64,000 bases of DNA from Promethearchaeota archaeon (GCA_016839555.1 JAEOUA010000011.1:1-64000); one strand, 5' to 3'. Positions 39,743 through 51,877 are shown, counted from the stretch's first letter. Numbers and translations: made by a program. Notes: generated by a model from the letters alone, not told the origin.

Positions 39743-41716
39743 TTAACTACAATTAAACTTAAAAGCGGGCAATTTAAAATCTAAAATTTGGTCTATGATA
39801 AAGTTGAGATTCTTAGATGTTTTTTGATCAAAATTAATTTCAAATAATGACCCTCCATCTAAAAAATCACTAAATTTTTTATAAAGAGCCATTTTCTGTT
39901 TCAGAGTTAAATTAGTATCTTCTCTTATTAAATTATATGAAGTAGGATTTAATTGAGTAGTATGATAGGTATTATTTCGATCGTGAATATAATTAAGAAA
40001 ATTTTCGTTATGAGGTTGAGTTAAGCAAAAATTTTCATTTTCTTTACGGTTCTCCTCAGATATTTTTTTATTTATAAATTTTAAGATATTCAGAGCAAAT
40101 TCTTGACTTTCCTTCATTCTATCAAGTTCAATTCCACAATGATAATTAACTGCCATATTTAACCCAATAAAACTAATTGATTTAATTGCTTCATTTAATA
40201 AATCATCTGAATTCAAATTGTTGTATTGTTTACAAATATCACTCCATTCGTTTAACTTGTTCAATTTTTCTTTTATAAAATATTCCTTATAAGAAAATAA
40301 TTCAAAAACAGAATTGAGTCGATTTTCTAAGCTTGTAAAAAATAACTCATCATCTTGTTTTGCTTCTAAAGATAATTCATATAAATCGACAAAAATTTTA
40401 TCTAATATAATTTTTAATTGGCTTATTATATTTTTTTCATTTATATTCAAATTAATAAGCTGTGAATTTAAGAAATTGGATTTTCCCCTAAAAAAAATAA
40501 GATTATTAATAAAATCTTTCTTAAAATAATTTAAAAATCTTGTTAACCTCTCTTTTCCACCAAATTGAGTATAATCAATAAAGAGTAAAGCTGGGCTATT
40601 TTCTTGTCTACAGTTGCTTCCCATATAATCATAAAAACTCTTAATAATATTAGGATAAGAATTGAATTTGAATGGTTCTTCAGAAGGAAGAAGACTTTGT
40701 TTTAAATCAATTCTAATATTTAATTTTAAATTCGAGTTATTATGCAAAAAATGTAGATGAGACCATAAAAAATTCATATAATAATTGAAAGAATTACTAT
40801 TTTTATCAAAACAATTTAATAACTCATCAAAATCTATCATTAAAAGCTGATCAGAAAAACAGGAACTAATTTTAATAAGATTGTTAAAAAAAGGGAGGAT
40901 TTTATGTACCCCCATATCTTTTTCTGATGGAATAAGATTATTCTTAAATAAAGGGATTATATTAACATAAATACTTAATGGTTTTAATGCCCAATAATTT
41001 AAATGTAATAATATAATTTTTCTGGATAAATATAAATCTGCCAAATGTTTAGGCAGGAGATTTAGTAAAAGGAATTGCTCGGAGACTTCTGACCCCAGTT
41101 TATTTATAAATTCGTTTGGATTAATAAGAGCACTATTAAATAATTTAAAAGTGTCATAGGGTGGAACTCCTAATCGAGTTAATTTATGACGGACTTCTTC
41201 TAAACCTTCTTCTACTAATATAACATTCACGAATTCTCTGATTAATGGGGTTGTCAAATATTCTATGTTTGTTTGAGATAATCTCTTTTTTACGATATTT
41301 GCTATTTTTTCTGCTAAAAAAGTATTAAGATTTGCCTCTCGAATTAAAAAATTTTTTACTTTTTTAATATCAAATGGCTCAGTAGAATATTTCGAAGTAC
41401 GTATGACACGCGGCTTATTTGAACCAGAAAGAATGCTTTCTATGGTCAGAATTTCTTTTAAAATCTTTCTTCCTAATGCTGTGATAAGATATCCTTGCTC
41501 TTGTGAGGAGTATTTTATTAATTTCGCGTCTTTTAGTGTGTTTAAATGATATGATAGATTTATAGAATGCGGATCACGGGCTAATTCTTTTTCAATCTCC
41601 GAAAACATCAGACTTCTATTAGAGAGAGATAATGCTTTTAATACATCCAATCTGATTGTCTGACCCAATGTTTTCAATTGCTTTTCTAAAAGTGTCGGAA
41701 TTCTGTCGGATTCCAT
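39743..41716 (-). CDS. ArsR-type HTH + ATP-cone + degenerate NrdD-like domain fusion
   Basis: RLDVLKAL...LSYHLNTL..AKLI; VIRTS..TEPFD..V...LIREA...LTTPLIREFVN; RLGVPPYD; SISFIGL; no C-terminal glycyl-radical motif. Confidence 0.75.
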   Translation of the reverse strand: MESDRIPTLLEKQLKTLGQTIRLDVLKALSLSNRSLMFSEIEKELARDPHSINLSYHLNTLKDAKLIKYSSQEQGYLITALGRKILKEILTIESILSGSNKPRVIRTSKYSTEPFDIKKVKNFLIREANLNTFLAEKIANIVKKRLSQTNIEYLTTPLIREFVNVILVEEGLEEVRHKLTRLGVPPYDTFKLFNSALINPNEFINKLGSEVSEQFLLLNLLPKHLADLYLSRKIILLHLNYWALKPLSIYVNIIPLFKNNLIPSEKDMGVHKILPFFNNLIKISSCFSDQLLMIDFDELLNCFDKNSNSFNYYMNFLWSHLHFLHNNSNLKLNIRIDLKQSLLPSEEPFKFNSYPNIIKSFYDYMGSNCRQENSPALLFIDYTQFGGKERLTRFLNYFKKDFINNLIFFRGKSNFLNSQLINLNINEKNIISQLKIILDKIFVDLYELSLEAKQDDELFFTSLENRLNSVFELFSYKEYFIKEKLNKLNEWSDICKQYNNLNSDDLLNEAIKSISFIGLNMAVNYHCGIELDRMKESQEFALNILKFINKKISEENRKENENFCLTQPHNENFLNYIHDRNNTYHTTQLNPTSYNLIREDTNLTLKQKMALYKKFSDFLDGGSLFEINFDQKTSKNLNFIIDQILDFKLPAFKFNCS

Positions 41717-41956
41717 TATAATTTTCTTAGGATAATATAATTAGAAATATATCTTATGGAATAATATATGTCTTAATTATATAAAAATTTACTCATCAAA
41801 ATACTATGTCAATAATGCTAATAATATCTCGGTGATATTATAGAATCATTATAAAAATATTTGGGAAAGAATGAGTAGTTGAAAATATAAAATGGAAATT
41901 CTTTCAAAAAATGGTATTATCTAATCTATATAAGAATTTGATAAAAAAAGATTAAT

Positions 41957-42571
41957 TCAGCGAGCAGATAAAGCTATACGTTCGACTTCATCTTTTTTCT
42001 TCACTGCTTGGGATTGCTGACTATTATTAGCAGCAGCAATTAATTCTTGAGCAACATTTTCCGCGAAAGGTTTAATATTAGCATGACTTTTTTTCCCAAT
42101 AGCTTGGACGAGGTATTTTATTGCTAAATCTACTCGTCTCTGAGGCGCTACATCGACTGCTGAAGAATAAGAAATGCCTCCCATAGCAATTCGGGTCACT
42201 TCCTCGCGGGGAGCACTGTTAGATATCGCATAAACCAAAATTTGTATTGGGTTTTTTCCTGTTTTTAATTCGATAAGCGAAAATGCATCTTTTATTATAG
42301 TTAGAATATGATTCTTTTTACCAGAATGATAAGAACTCTTATGTCCCTTGATTTTTGATCCCATAAAACCTGGTGCTAATAATCGATTTATTAATCTTTC
42401 CACTATCGATACTTTTTTAGTTTTCCAAAAGGTCTTTTTATCGTGTCTCCCACAGCTATGAGGTATTATGACTGGGGTTAAATTTATATATCTTTCGAGC
42501 GTCCAATCTGGAATTTCAATGTTTTCAAATGACCATTTATTAAATAGTTTAATTTCACTTTTTTCTGCCAT
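41957..42571 (-). CDS. rps7: 30S ribosomal protein S7
   Basis: KLFNKWS, NPIQILV.AI.NSAPREE, DVAPQRRVD. Confidence 0.97.
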   Translation of the reverse strand: MAEKSEIKLFNKWSFENIEIPDWTLERYINLTPVIIPHSCGRHDKKTFWKTKKVSIVERLINRLLAPGFMGSKIKGHKSSYHSGKKNHILTIIKDAFSLIELKTGKNPIQILVYAISNSAPREEVTRIAMGGISYSSAVDVAPQRRVDLAIKYLVQAIGKKSHANIKPFAENVAQELIAAANNSQQSQAVKKKDEVERIALSAR

Positions 42572-42576
42572 GATAC

Positions 42577-43005
42577 TTACCTTATTGGTTTTTCTTTTAT
42601 TCCTTTCACTAGTGCATCAAGTGATACTCCGTTCACTTTTATGACTTTCCAGCGTACACCCGGAAGGTCTCCTACAGAACGGCCTTTTGCACCTCCAATA
42701 CCCTCAACAATAACACGATCATGCTCATCAATGAAATTAAGCGCACCATCTCCCGGTAAGAAAGCAGTAATTCCCTTTCCGTTCTTCCTTAATTGGACTC
42801 TCACACATTTTCTAATTGCAGAGTTTGGTTGTTTAGATTCGCGTCCCACTTTTTGAAGGACAATCCCAGATGCTTGAGGAGCCCCTTCTAAAGGATCAAC
42901 TCTTTGTTTTAACTTCAATTTCTTTCTTTTATATTTTGTTTTTGACCAGCGCCATTTCTTACGATTTTCCTTTAATTTCCTTGCAGCATATAATCCTTTC
43001 GGCAT
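42577..43005 (-). CDS. rps12: 30S ribosomal protein S12
   Basis: [25 protein letters not shown]. Confidence 0.98.
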   Translation of the reverse strand: MPKGLYAARKLKENRKKWRWSKTKYKRKKLKLKQRVDPLEGAPQASGIVLQKVGRESKQPNSAIRKCVRVQLRKNGKGITAFLPGDGALNFIDEHDRVIVEGIGGAKGRSVGDLPGVRWKVIKVNGVSLDALVKGIKEKPIR

Positions 43006-43173
43006 TTCACTACCACTAATATATAATATTATATTAAAATTTATAGCAAATAGTTCTAATATTTCTTTAAACTTAAAATTAATGGATTAATCTGAATTAA
43101 AATTCAAACTATATCTAATTCAACTTCATTTCTTATAATTTAAATATAAGTATAGCAAATGTGAAGTAATCTT

Positions 43174-43647
43174 CTAACTCCTAGTATCAATAATCACATT
43201 ATCTACATCGTAATGTCTCATTACCAGTGTCTTGGTTTTCCGAATCATACTGCCTTCTTTCCCTATCGCCTTTCCACGATCTTGAGGGCGCACTGAAATC
43301 ACAACCGTACGTTTATTGTTTTTACCTTCTTTGACTTCTATATTATTAACTTTAATGGAATTTTTAGTAGTATTTAATATGTATTTAATAAAACTTTCAA
43401 GATTTTCAGAAAAAGGTATCACATCTATCTTTTTTTGAAGCTTTGAGGTTAGATCTTTCACATGTTCTCCATCTCTCCCTATGGCCTTTCCCACATCTTC
43501 TTTCTTCACCAAGAAAATGATCACTTCATCAGAATCATCGGGTGCTTGATAAAAAATGCAGTCTTTGATAATTGCACCGCTGATATTATTGAACAGAGAA
43601 ATAAGTTCCATGGATTCTCGGTCCAATTTTATGTTTTTTTTGAGCAT
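43174..43647 (-). CDS. nusA: archaeal NusA (two KH domains)
   Basis: GKAIGRDG, GKAIGKEG; conserved rpl30e-nusA-rps12 order. Confidence 0.93.
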   Translation of the reverse strand: MLKKNIKLDRESMELISLFNNISGAIIKDCIFYQAPDDSDEVIIFLVKKEDVGKAIGRDGEHVKDLTSKLQKKIDVIPFSENLESFIKYILNTTKNSIKVNNIEVKEGKNNKRTVVISVRPQDRGKAIGKEGSMIRKTKTLVMRHYDVDNVIIDTRS

Positions 43648-43728
43648 TTTAAAATAATATTTTGAAATTTACAATTAAATTTTAATTTCTGTTTTCTTTT
43701 AATATTTTTCTTTTTTACACTTCAGATC

Positions 43729-44100
43729 CTAATTTTTTTTACTCTTTAACTGTTCCAATGCGCTGTCCCCATAATCATAAATTCCCAATATTGAAATCAT
43801 ATACGGTTTTGCTAAGGCTAACCCTAGATCCCAACTGGATCCTTTATATTTATAGATAAACATCTCATCCTCTAAAAGATTATTATAGTAATTGATTTCA
43901 CTCAAAATTTCTTGAGGGCAGTTATTGGCAACGATAATCATTTTATACTTATTTTCTCTCAATTTTCTAAGTACTTGATTCTTGCCATGGATGATCTCTC
44001 CGGTTTTAAAGGCGACTTTAATATTGGTATCGACATCAAAGACTTTTTTCTTTTTCCTTGATAAGTCAATATCCATTGAGTCTTTTTTCTTTTTTGCCAT
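43729..44100 (-). CDS. rpl30e: 50S ribosomal protein L30e
   Basis: KTG..IHG, IIVANNCP, GSSWDLGLA..KPY, GDS. Confidence 0.92.
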   Translation of the reverse strand: MAKKKKDSMDIDLSRKKKKVFDVDTNIKVAFKTGEIIHGKNQVLRKLRENKYKMIIVANNCPQEILSEINYYNNLLEDEMFIYKYKGSSWDLGLALAKPYMISILGIYDYGDSALEQLKSKKN

Positions 44101-44176
44101 AATTATTAAAAAACTCTGAATTATAATAAGATTTGTAAGTAAATAAAAAAATGATTTGTTATTTTAATTTTTAATG

Positions 44177-45385
44177 TTACTTCTCTTTCTTTTTTCGGTT
44201 TAATAATTGAAGGTTCTGATCTAAATCCATTGTAATCTCAATTCTACCTGTCCCTATGGGACAAACTTGCCCAACGATAACGTTCTCTGGGATACCTAAT
44301 AGGCGCTCTTCCTCTCCATAAATCCCCGCATCTAATAATTGATTAACAGTAACTTCAAATGCTGCTCTTGCAAAGACGCTACTTTTTGAGCCAGAAATTC
44401 CATGCCTCCCAATTGATTGAATGGTACCCGTCTTACACATTGAGTCTGCCAGGATGAGTAAATGCCTGCTATCCACATCTAGTCCTTGTTGTTTCAGCAC
44501 ATTAGTTGCTTCCTTAATAATTAAACTTCTCGCTGCTTCAATACCAAACAATTTTTCTACTTCATGTAGATGATTTGAGACCGTTCGTGTGGGATCTACG
44601 CCTTCAATTTGTATAACCCCAGTTAGATTTGTTCCTTCAGTCTTAATAATCCATTCTTTTTCGTTTTCTGAAGGAGTTAATAATCCACGTTTTATTCCTC
44701 TTACTCCTTTTACTACTTTTTTGAGGATCTTTTCTCGTAATTTTTGAAGTTGTTGCAAATCTTCAATTTTAGGGTCTATAATGATCTTGTTTCCCTCTCT
44801 TTCAATGGTTCCTTTCTTTTTATATCGCCTTAATAGCTCGGGGATTTCATCGATATCAATTCCTTTTTTTTCGCATATTTCAGGGATTAAATTAATTACA
44901 ATATTCCAATTCACGAAATCAAGATCCACTTCTGAACTGATTTGTTCGATACGTAATTGTTCGATACGATTATGAACCTTTATCGCTTCTTCTTCACTTC
45001 CTCGATACTCATCGGTTAAATAAATATTCATATTAGGGGTGGAAGGAAATCGTCTGGCATCAACGATCTCAATTAATCGCGGGAGCCCTTGAGTCACAGA
45101 GAACTCCTCTACACCTGCGTAGTGGAACGTTCTTAGGGTCATCTGGGTCCCCGGCTCGCCAATGGACTGCGCAGCAACCGTTCCCACGGGTTCCGAAGTC
45201 TCCACAATAGCATTCATGTAATTAATAAAAACCTTATTAAGAAAATAGTCCAGTTGTTCTTCTTCTAATGGTTCTTCCTCTGATTTAATTTTTTCTCGGA
45301 TTCTTTCAATTAAATGTACCGGAATTCCATCTTCATATAATTCTTTTAACTTTTTTTCTAACATTTCTGATGATACTTTTACCAT
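44177..45385 (-). CDS. rpoA2: RNA polymerase subunit A'' (Rpo1C); start at ATG 45385
   Basis: [38 protein letters not shown]. Confidence 0.97.
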   Translation of the reverse strand: MVKVSSEMLEKKLKELYEDGIPVHLIERIREKIKSEEEPLEEEQLDYFLNKVFINYMNAIVETSEPVGTVAAQSIGEPGTQMTLRTFHYAGVEEFSVTQGLPRLIEIVDARRFPSTPNMNIYLTDEYRGSEEEAIKVHNRIEQLRIEQISSEVDLDFVNWNIVINLIPEICEKKGIDIDEIPELLRRYKKKGTIEREGNKIIIDPKIEDLQQLQKLREKILKKVVKGVRGIKRGLLTPSENEKEWIIKTEGTNLTGVIQIEGVDPTRTVSNHLHEVEKLFGIEAARSLIIKEATNVLKQQGLDVDSRHLLILADSMCKTGTIQSIGRHGISGSKSSVFARAAFEVTVNQLLDAGIYGEEERLLGIPENVIVGQVCPIGTGRIEITMDLDQNLQLLNRKKKEK

Positions 45386-45408
45386 AAGATACACACCTTT
45401 GTTGTTTA

Positions 45409-48354
45409 TTATGATTCTAAATACTCTTCTCTCCATTCACGGAATTGTTTTGTGATTTTTCCGCGCCAAACAGCATTTTTTCTCGTTTCTTTTTCATATA
45501 ACTCTTGTAATTCTTCTTCAGTAGCAACTTTTTTTGTTGGTTTAGAACTTTCTTCTACTTTTGTTTTTTCCTTTTTCTTTGGAGGGAGTTCCACTTCTTT
45601 TTCTTTTATCTTTGATGATTCTTTATGTTTCTTTTTTAGTTCTTGTATTTCTTCGATGTTAAGGGTTTTAGCTTGGAGCAGTAAGACATCTAAATTAACA
45701 GCATCACCATGGTCCGTCATCTGTGGATTAACACTATCGTCGCCAAATTTAAATTGAATAATATTTTTATCGGAATTCCTAACTGTGTTGTCGTTCTCAA
45801 CCACCATATCTTGTAAAGCATTTACCAGTCGACGTTGCATATATCCTGAAGTACTTGTTCTTACCGCAGTATCAACAAGCCCTTCTCGACCACCCATGGA
45901 ATGAAAGAAAAATCCAGAGGGATCTAATCCATTTCGATATGATTGTTGGACGAATCCCCTTGCTTTTGGAGTAAGATCATTTTCTTTGAAATGGGGTAAG
46001 GTTCTAGAAGAGTACCCTCTATTGATTCTCTCACCTCTAATAGCTTGTTGTCCGACGACTGCCGACATCTGTCCTAAATTAAGAATATTACCTCTTGCTC
46101 CAGACTTTGTCATTATAACAGAATGAGCTTCATCTCCAATATATTCAGCGGCAACTTCTTCTGCCTTCTTACGTGCTTCTGCTAATATTTGCCGAATCCG
46201 TAATTCCAATGTTTCTTTTAAGGACCGGCCAGGAGCACGTTTTAATACAGTAGTATCATTTTCTCTGAACGCTTTAATCAATTTTTCGGATTCTTCTTCT
46301 GACTCTTCTAAAATCTCATGAATCTTCTTTAGAGCATCTCCTTTTACGTATACTTCATCCAATCCCATAGTCATACCATTTTGTCTAATAATATATAGTA
46401 GCATCCTAGTTGCATTATCCAAGAATTTTCTTCCCCTAGTATTACCATGATCTTTAATTATTCTCTGAAGAATACTATTTGGTTGCATTGCCCCAAATGA
46501 TTTTTCATCAAGTGTACCAGTCAGTAATTTGCCATTTTTAATAGATACGTAAGCATCATAGGGACAATCTTCCTCTTCACATTTTTCTCCTTTTTTGCTG
46601 AAACATTTTTTACAGAATTTCGATCGTAATTCTAAGTTTAAATCTCTAGGAAATAACATACTGAATATTTGTTTTCCAGAATACATAGGTTCTGGTTCTT
46701 TTACAGCTGGTTCGAGATCTTCCAATTCAAAATCAGGATTTTCTTCAAAAACCCCTCCTAAAAAGAGCAGTTTAAGGGTGTCTTTCTTATTAAAAAGGGA
46801 GTCTTTGCTTGTAAATTGGAACACGCTTGAAATAAAATCTTGTATTCCACCGAGAATAGGTCCACCAAATCGGGGTGAAAGGATATGTTCTTGTACCTTT
46901 AATAATAATTCTGCCTCTGTTCTGGCTTCTTCACTCTGGGGCACATGAAGATTCATCTCATCTCCATCGAAGTCAGCATTATAGGGAGGACAAACAGTAA
47001 GATTTAGTCGAAAAGTTTTTCCTTCTAAGATTCGTACTTCATGAGCCATAATTGACATTCTATGAAGAGAAGGTTGTCGATTGAATAATACTAAATCCCC
47101 ATCATTTAAATGCCTTTCAACAGTAAAGCCAGGAGCAAGCATATCCGCAATAATCCCACGGTTTTTCACATATCGAAGGTCAATTCTTCTTCTGTCATTA
47201 CGAATAATATAATTAGCTCCAGGATGTTTATTAGGACCATTTAAAACTAACTGCTTCATCTCTTCAATGTTCCAATCATTTACATTGGTAGGGATCGTTA
47301 ATATTTTTGCGATCTCTTTAGGAACTCCAACTTCATTAATGCTGATATAAGGATTAGGAGAAATAACACTTCTGGCAGAAAAATCTACACGTTTTCCGCT
47401 GAGATTACTTCTAAATCGACCTTCTTTTCCCTTTAATCTTTGGGTTAAGGTTCGTAATGCTCTCCCGGAACGATGTCTCGCCGGAGGGATTCCGGAGACT
47501 TGATTATCAAAATAAGTAGTAATATGATATTGTAATAATTCCCATAAATCCTCAACGATTAAATGAGGGGCTCCTGCATCAATATTTTCTCGTAATCTTT
47601 GATTTATTCTAATTACATCCACCAGTTTATGGGTTAAATCATCTTCCGAACGAATACCACTATCAAGTGTTATGGATGGTCGAGAACATACTGGCGGAAT
47701 TGGAAGCACAGTAAAAATTACCCATTCTAATCGAGCATTTTTAGGAGAAATTCCCAATATTCGAAGATCAGTATCGGTCATTTTCTTTAATCGCTTTCGA
47801 ATCTCGATGGGTGTTAATCTTTGTGAACCTCTAGCCTCTGTTTCCTCATAAAATGTAGTAGGTTTTTCTAGGATTATTTTTTTCTTGGTCGCACCACAAA
47901 ACGGACAAATTTTGTTTTTTCGCGCCATTTTAAATACGATCTTCGTAATATCTTCATCTCCTTCATAAAAGATTTTACGGTGCTTTATTTGTTCATTTCG
48001 AAGGCGCTCTCTCGCATCTTCAGAAAGCATTAATCGAGAACATTCTGGGCAAATACTACGCAATACTTTTAATATTTTTTTAGCATATCCCACATGAATG
48101 ACGGGTCTTGCCAATTCGATATGGCCAAAGTGCCCCATACAATTATTTACTAAGTTACCACAAGTCTGACAGCGCTGTCCAGGCTCTATGGTACCTAAGC
48201 GCTGATCCATTAATCCTGAAGGGATCGGAAGCCCATCTTCGTCATAAGTGTCTGCAGTAATTATACGAGCTGCGGACATTTTTCGGATTTCGTCAGGGCT
48301 TAGAAGACCAAACTTGATCTTCTCTATCATTTTATTTCTACTAAACGAATACAT
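45409..48354 (-). CDS. rpoA1: RNA polymerase subunit A' (Rpo1N)
   Basis: [29 protein letters not shown]. Confidence 0.98.
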   Translation of the reverse strand: MYSFSRNKMIEKIKFGLLSPDEIRKMSAARIITADTYDEDGLPIPSGLMDQRLGTIEPGQRCQTCGNLVNNCMGHFGHIELARPVIHVGYAKKILKVLRSICPECSRLMLSEDARERLRNEQIKHRKIFYEGDEDITKIVFKMARKNKICPFCGATKKKIILEKPTTFYEETEARGSQRLTPIEIRKRLKKMTDTDLRILGISPKNARLEWVIFTVLPIPPVCSRPSITLDSGIRSEDDLTHKLVDVIRINQRLRENIDAGAPHLIVEDLWELLQYHITTYFDNQVSGIPPARHRSGRALRTLTQRLKGKEGRFRSNLSGKRVDFSARSVISPNPYISINEVGVPKEIAKILTIPTNVNDWNIEEMKQLVLNGPNKHPGANYIIRNDRRRIDLRYVKNRGIIADMLAPGFTVERHLNDGDLVLFNRQPSLHRMSIMAHEVRILEGKTFRLNLTVCPPYNADFDGDEMNLHVPQSEEARTEAELLLKVQEHILSPRFGGPILGGIQDFISSVFQFTSKDSLFNKKDTLKLLFLGGVFEENPDFELEDLEPAVKEPEPMYSGKQIFSMLFPRDLNLELRSKFCKKCFSKKGEKCEEEDCPYDAYVSIKNGKLLTGTLDEKSFGAMQPNSILQRIIKDHGNTRGRKFLDNATRMLLYIIRQNGMTMGLDEVYVKGDALKKIHEILEESEEESEKLIKAFRENDTTVLKRAPGRSLKETLELRIRQILAEARKKAEEVAAEYIGDEAHSVIMTKSGARGNILNLGQMSAVVGQQAIRGERINRGYSSRTLPHFKENDLTPKARGFVQQSYRNGLDPSGFFFHSMGGREGLVDTAVRTSTSGYMQRRLVNALQDMVVENDNTVRNSDKNIIQFKFGDDSVNPQMTDHGDAVNLDVLLLQAKTLNIEEIQELKKKHKESSKIKEKEVELPPKKKEKTKVEESSKPTKKVATEEELQELYEKETRKNAVWRGKITKQFREWREEYLES

Positions 48355-48590
48355 AAGAATCAGTTAAATTTTTAATTGTGAAATTATAAAAATCAGTCAA
48401 ATAATTCTTTCTCCACTTTAAAAAAAGTAATAAAGGAAAAAATAAAAATTTTATGGATATTTATTTAATATTTTTTAAAATTTTAAGACTAAAACAAATA
48501 ATTTATTTTTTAGATATATTTTTGATATTTATAACAAGAGTACATTATATATTTTTTTATTAGAATAAATTTTATTGATATTATTAAAAT

Positions 48591-49217
48591 ATGGGAAAAG
48601 AAACTTATTTAAAAGTTATAAGAAGCAAATTATTTGTTTTTATAATCCAAATTTCTATACTTGGATTAATAATTTTTAGTTTTGACTATACATTTCCAAT
48701 CGAATCTCCATATCTTAATGTTATTACTCGCCAAAGAAGAACTATTATTCAGTTACTCGGTAATCTTATATTATATGACGATTTAGACGGATTGGTATTA
48801 ATCTACGGAAGTTGGATATTAGTCTCGTTCATTCCGGTTCTTATTTATAGAGAACCAAGATTGGCGTTTAGTGCCAATATTAAGCTGATATTTTTCCCTA
48901 ATTTCTTTTTTTATGTATTTGTATACAAGTATTTAGCTACTTATTTTGAGCAATACTTCTGGAACTTATTTTTACGCACCCTCTCCTTATTTGCTATCTT
49001 AGCCATCGTATCCTTAGTAATTCCTTATTTTTATGATAGATATCGAAAGAAAAAGGAATCCATTCAGACTCTTGATTTAAGAAAGATTGCGCAAAAAAAT
49101 AAGTATAAATGCCCATATTGTGGTACAGAATTTAATTCTAAGCCACTCTATTGCTATAATTGTTCTAGAAAACTTCCTATTGAATCTATAAATGAGGATA
49201 AAAAAATAAAAATTTGA
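48591..49217 (+). CDS. membrane protein with C-terminal zinc ribbon
   Basis: About 4 TM segments; CPYC...CYNC. Confidence 0.7.
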   Translation: MGKETYLKVIRSKLFVFIIQISILGLIIFSFDYTFPIESPYLNVITRQRRTIIQLLGNLILYDDLDGLVLIYGSWILVSFIPVLIYREPRLAFSANIKLIFFPNFFFYVFVYKYLATYFEQYFWNLFLRTLSLFAILAIVSLVIPYFYDRYRKKKESIQTLDLRKIAQKNKYKCPYCGTEFNSKPLYCYNCSRKLPIESINEDKKIKI

Positions 49218-49254
49218 TTAACTATTTATAAACATTTTTAAAAGAGAATAAAAA

Positions 49255-50004
49255 ATGGAATCATTTCTTTTTGCATTACTATTAACCTCTATTGCGGGAA
49301 TCTCTACAACTATTGGAAGTCTGATAGCCATTATTATCAAAAAACCTAATGAAAAATATGTTTCAATTATAATGGGATTTTCCGCAGGGGTTATGATACT
49401 TATTTCTTTTGTGGAATTATTGCAAAAAGGTATAGAAGCCTCATCATTTTTAATGGGACATATATATTTTTTTATTGGGATGTTTATAATGTATATAATT
49501 GATGTTTCAATTTCACATCAATATGAATTTGAGGAATATCAAAGTCTTAAGAATGGAAAATTACAAAAAGTGTCATTATTAGTCACTATTGGTATTTTTA
49601 TTCATAATTTCCCAGAGGGAATGGCTACTTTCATAGCTTCTCTGCAGAATGTAAATCTAGGCATTATTCTATGTTTCGCTATTGCCATTCATAATATACC
49701 TGAAGGAATCGCTGTGGCAATCCCAATATATTTATTAACTGAAGATAAGAAAAAAGCTTTTTTCTGGTCGTTTTTTTCAGGAGTAAGTGAGCCAATAGGT
49801 GCAATACTGAGCGGCTTAATTCTTTTTCCATTTATCAATGATTACATTTTAGGTGTAATGCTTGCCGTTATTGGAGGTTTTATGGTTTATATTTCATTAG
49901 ATGAATTATTGCCAGCATCTCGAGAAAGTGGTCATGAACATTTATCAATATTAGGTATTATCATGGGGATGATCGTAATGGCTTTAAGTTTAAGTTTATT
50001 GTAG
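49255..50004 (+). CDS. zupT: ZIP-family zinc transporter
   Basis: HNFPEG, HNIPEG, SGVSEP, DELLP. Confidence 0.92.
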   Translation: MESFLFALLLTSIAGISTTIGSLIAIIIKKPNEKYVSIIMGFSAGVMILISFVELLQKGIEASSFLMGHIYFFIGMFIMYIIDVSISHQYEFEEYQSLKNGKLQKVSLLVTIGIFIHNFPEGMATFIASLQNVNLGIILCFAIAIHNIPEGIAVAIPIYLLTEDKKKAFFWSFFSGVSEPIGAILSGLILFPFINDYILGVMLAVIGGFMVYISLDELLPASRESGHEHLSILGIIMGMIVMALSLSLL

Positions 50005-50102
50005 TAATTTATATTTAATTTTAGACTATTCTATAGCTAAAAATATTCTGAAAAATTTAATAAAATCCAAAGAGAAGTGAAGGAACTTTATAATCCTTAT
50101 AA

Positions 50103-51290
50103 TCAATTAAGTTTCCTAATTTCAGAGAAAAATTCTTTTGAGGGAACGGAATTAAATAAAAACATATTCACAACTATTTCTCTATATTCATCATTTTGAT
50201 TTGCTAATTTAAACATATTAGATAGGTTTCTTCCACTATTCTCGTAGAAAAATTCCACCATAGAACGCTTTAATTTAAAATTTTTAATTATTTTTCGCAC
50301 GTTCGAGTTCAATTTATATTGTTTTAATACCTCTTTAGAAATTTTATCTTCTTCTAAAGCATAAATTGCAGCTTCAGCGGCTGCTTGTCCAGAAACCACA
50401 CCAGGATGGATCCCTTCACCACTTATAGGAGATGTAAATCCGGCGGTATCTCCAATTAACATTATATTATCATTATATAAACTCTTTTTCTTTACTCCTA
50501 ATACGGGTAAAGGATAAGAAGCAGACCAAATCGCTTTGTAATCCCTTGTTGGTAGGAGCTCTTTAATATACGGATCTTTAAAAAATTCATTATAAATAGT
50601 ATTTAAGTTATAATTGAGATTATCTTCTTCAAAAGTTCCACATCCTATATTGAATCTGTTATTACCTAACGGAAATATCCACCCATAACCCTTATATGGT
50701 CGAAAAAAAACATGAATGCATTTATGTTCAAGGGATAAATCACCTTCAATAATTGCACATTTTGCTATTCCTAATTCCTCTATTTTCCATTTTTTTCTTA
50801 ATCCGGATTTTGTTGCGAGTTTCGAACTCATCCCATCTGCAATAATGAGAATTTTTCCAAAATATTCTTTTGTTCCTGAAGAAGTTTTTGTTTTAATTCC
50901 GATTGATTGTCGGTTTTTCCAAATAAACTCATAGGAAAGATTATTATCAAACAAATAAGTTCCCGCATCAATTGCTACGTTTCGAACAATATTATCAAAT
51001 TCTAACCGATCCATATTAATGGAATATTCTCGGGAGCCTTTCCAGGTATATTTTAATTTATTATAATCTCCAGAATACATTAAAATACTATCAATTTTAT
51101 GTGGATTTGCTTTTTTTAGCTGGGGAAAATATTTTAAGATTCTGGCACTTACCCCACCTCCACAAGGTTTACGCCAATTTGTATCTCGCTCAATTAATGC
51201 TACTTTAAATCCTTTATTGGCTAATAACTCAGCACATTTCGATCCTGCTGGCCCAGCACCAGAAATGACAATGTCGAACATATTATTCAT
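50103..51290 (-). CDS. geranylgeranyl reductase-family flavoprotein
   Basis: GAGPAG, KPCGGG, IADG, YGWIFP, GDTAG..SPISGEGI. Confidence 0.88.
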   Translation of the reverse strand: MNNMFDIVISGAGPAGSKCAELLANKGFKVALIERDTNWRKPCGGGVSARILKYFPQLKKANPHKIDSILMYSGDYNKLKYTWKGSREYSINMDRLEFDNIVRNVAIDAGTYLFDNNLSYEFIWKNRQSIGIKTKTSSGTKEYFGKILIIADGMSSKLATKSGLRKKWKIEELGIAKCAIIEGDLSLEHKCIHVFFRPYKGYGWIFPLGNNRFNIGCGTFEEDNLNYNLNTIYNEFFKDPYIKELLPTRDYKAIWSASYPLPVLGVKKKSLYNDNIMLIGDTAGFTSPISGEGIHPGVVSGQAAAEAAIYALEEDKISKEVLKQYKLNSNVRKIIKNFKLKRSMVEFFYENSGRNLSNMFKLANQNDEYREIVVNMFLFNSVPSKEFFSEIRKLN

Positions 51291-51664
51291 AATGATATTT
51301 GGTTATCCTTCAATTAATAATATTAGTTTTTTAAAAAAATTTTAAGAATATTAAATTTATTTATGATATTTTGGTATGTTTTTATTACATACTAAGAAAA
51401 TAACACAAAATTTGAAAGATATAATGAATAAATAAAAAAGAACTGAAAATTATAATAAAAACGGTAGGATCTTATCATATTGATCTAAAAGCTTTAAGTA
51501 CGTTCTTTTATTCATCCATTTGAAAATAAATGATCTTTCTTTAAATTAATATAATAAAAGTTAAGAGTATGGTGCGTTAAAAATATAGAAAGAAAAAAAA
51601 GGGAAAAATTATTAAAATTTTTAGCTATAAAATAATTAATTTTAAAGCTATTTTGTTTTTGGTT

Positions 51665-51877
51665 TTATATCCTGATTAAATCAATAGCAATCTTCATATC
51701 GTTAGCGGTAACCTTTTTTCTTCCAGAATGTTTAGCAATATCTAACGCACAGTCAGTTAGATTTTTAGCATAGGTTTCTAAGAAATCCATTAGTTTATCA
51801 ACCGCATCTCTCGCTACGATTTCAGCTCCCGCATCTTTCATAAGGGCCCTTAATGGGGACCAAGCAAATGCTGCCAT
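51665..51877 (-). CDS. archaeal histone (start ATG 51877)
   Basis: LRALMKDAGAEIVARDAV...AKHSGRKKVTANDM; GGAGG upstream. Confidence 0.92.
   Translation of the reverse strand: MAAFAWSPLRALMKDAGAEIVARDAVDKLMDFLETYAKNLTDCALDIAKHSGRKKVTANDMKIAIDLIRI

Noticed and set aside
45386-45436. Longer rpoA2 start overlapping rpoA1
   Set aside because: ATG 45385 has a GGTG leader and avoids the overlap
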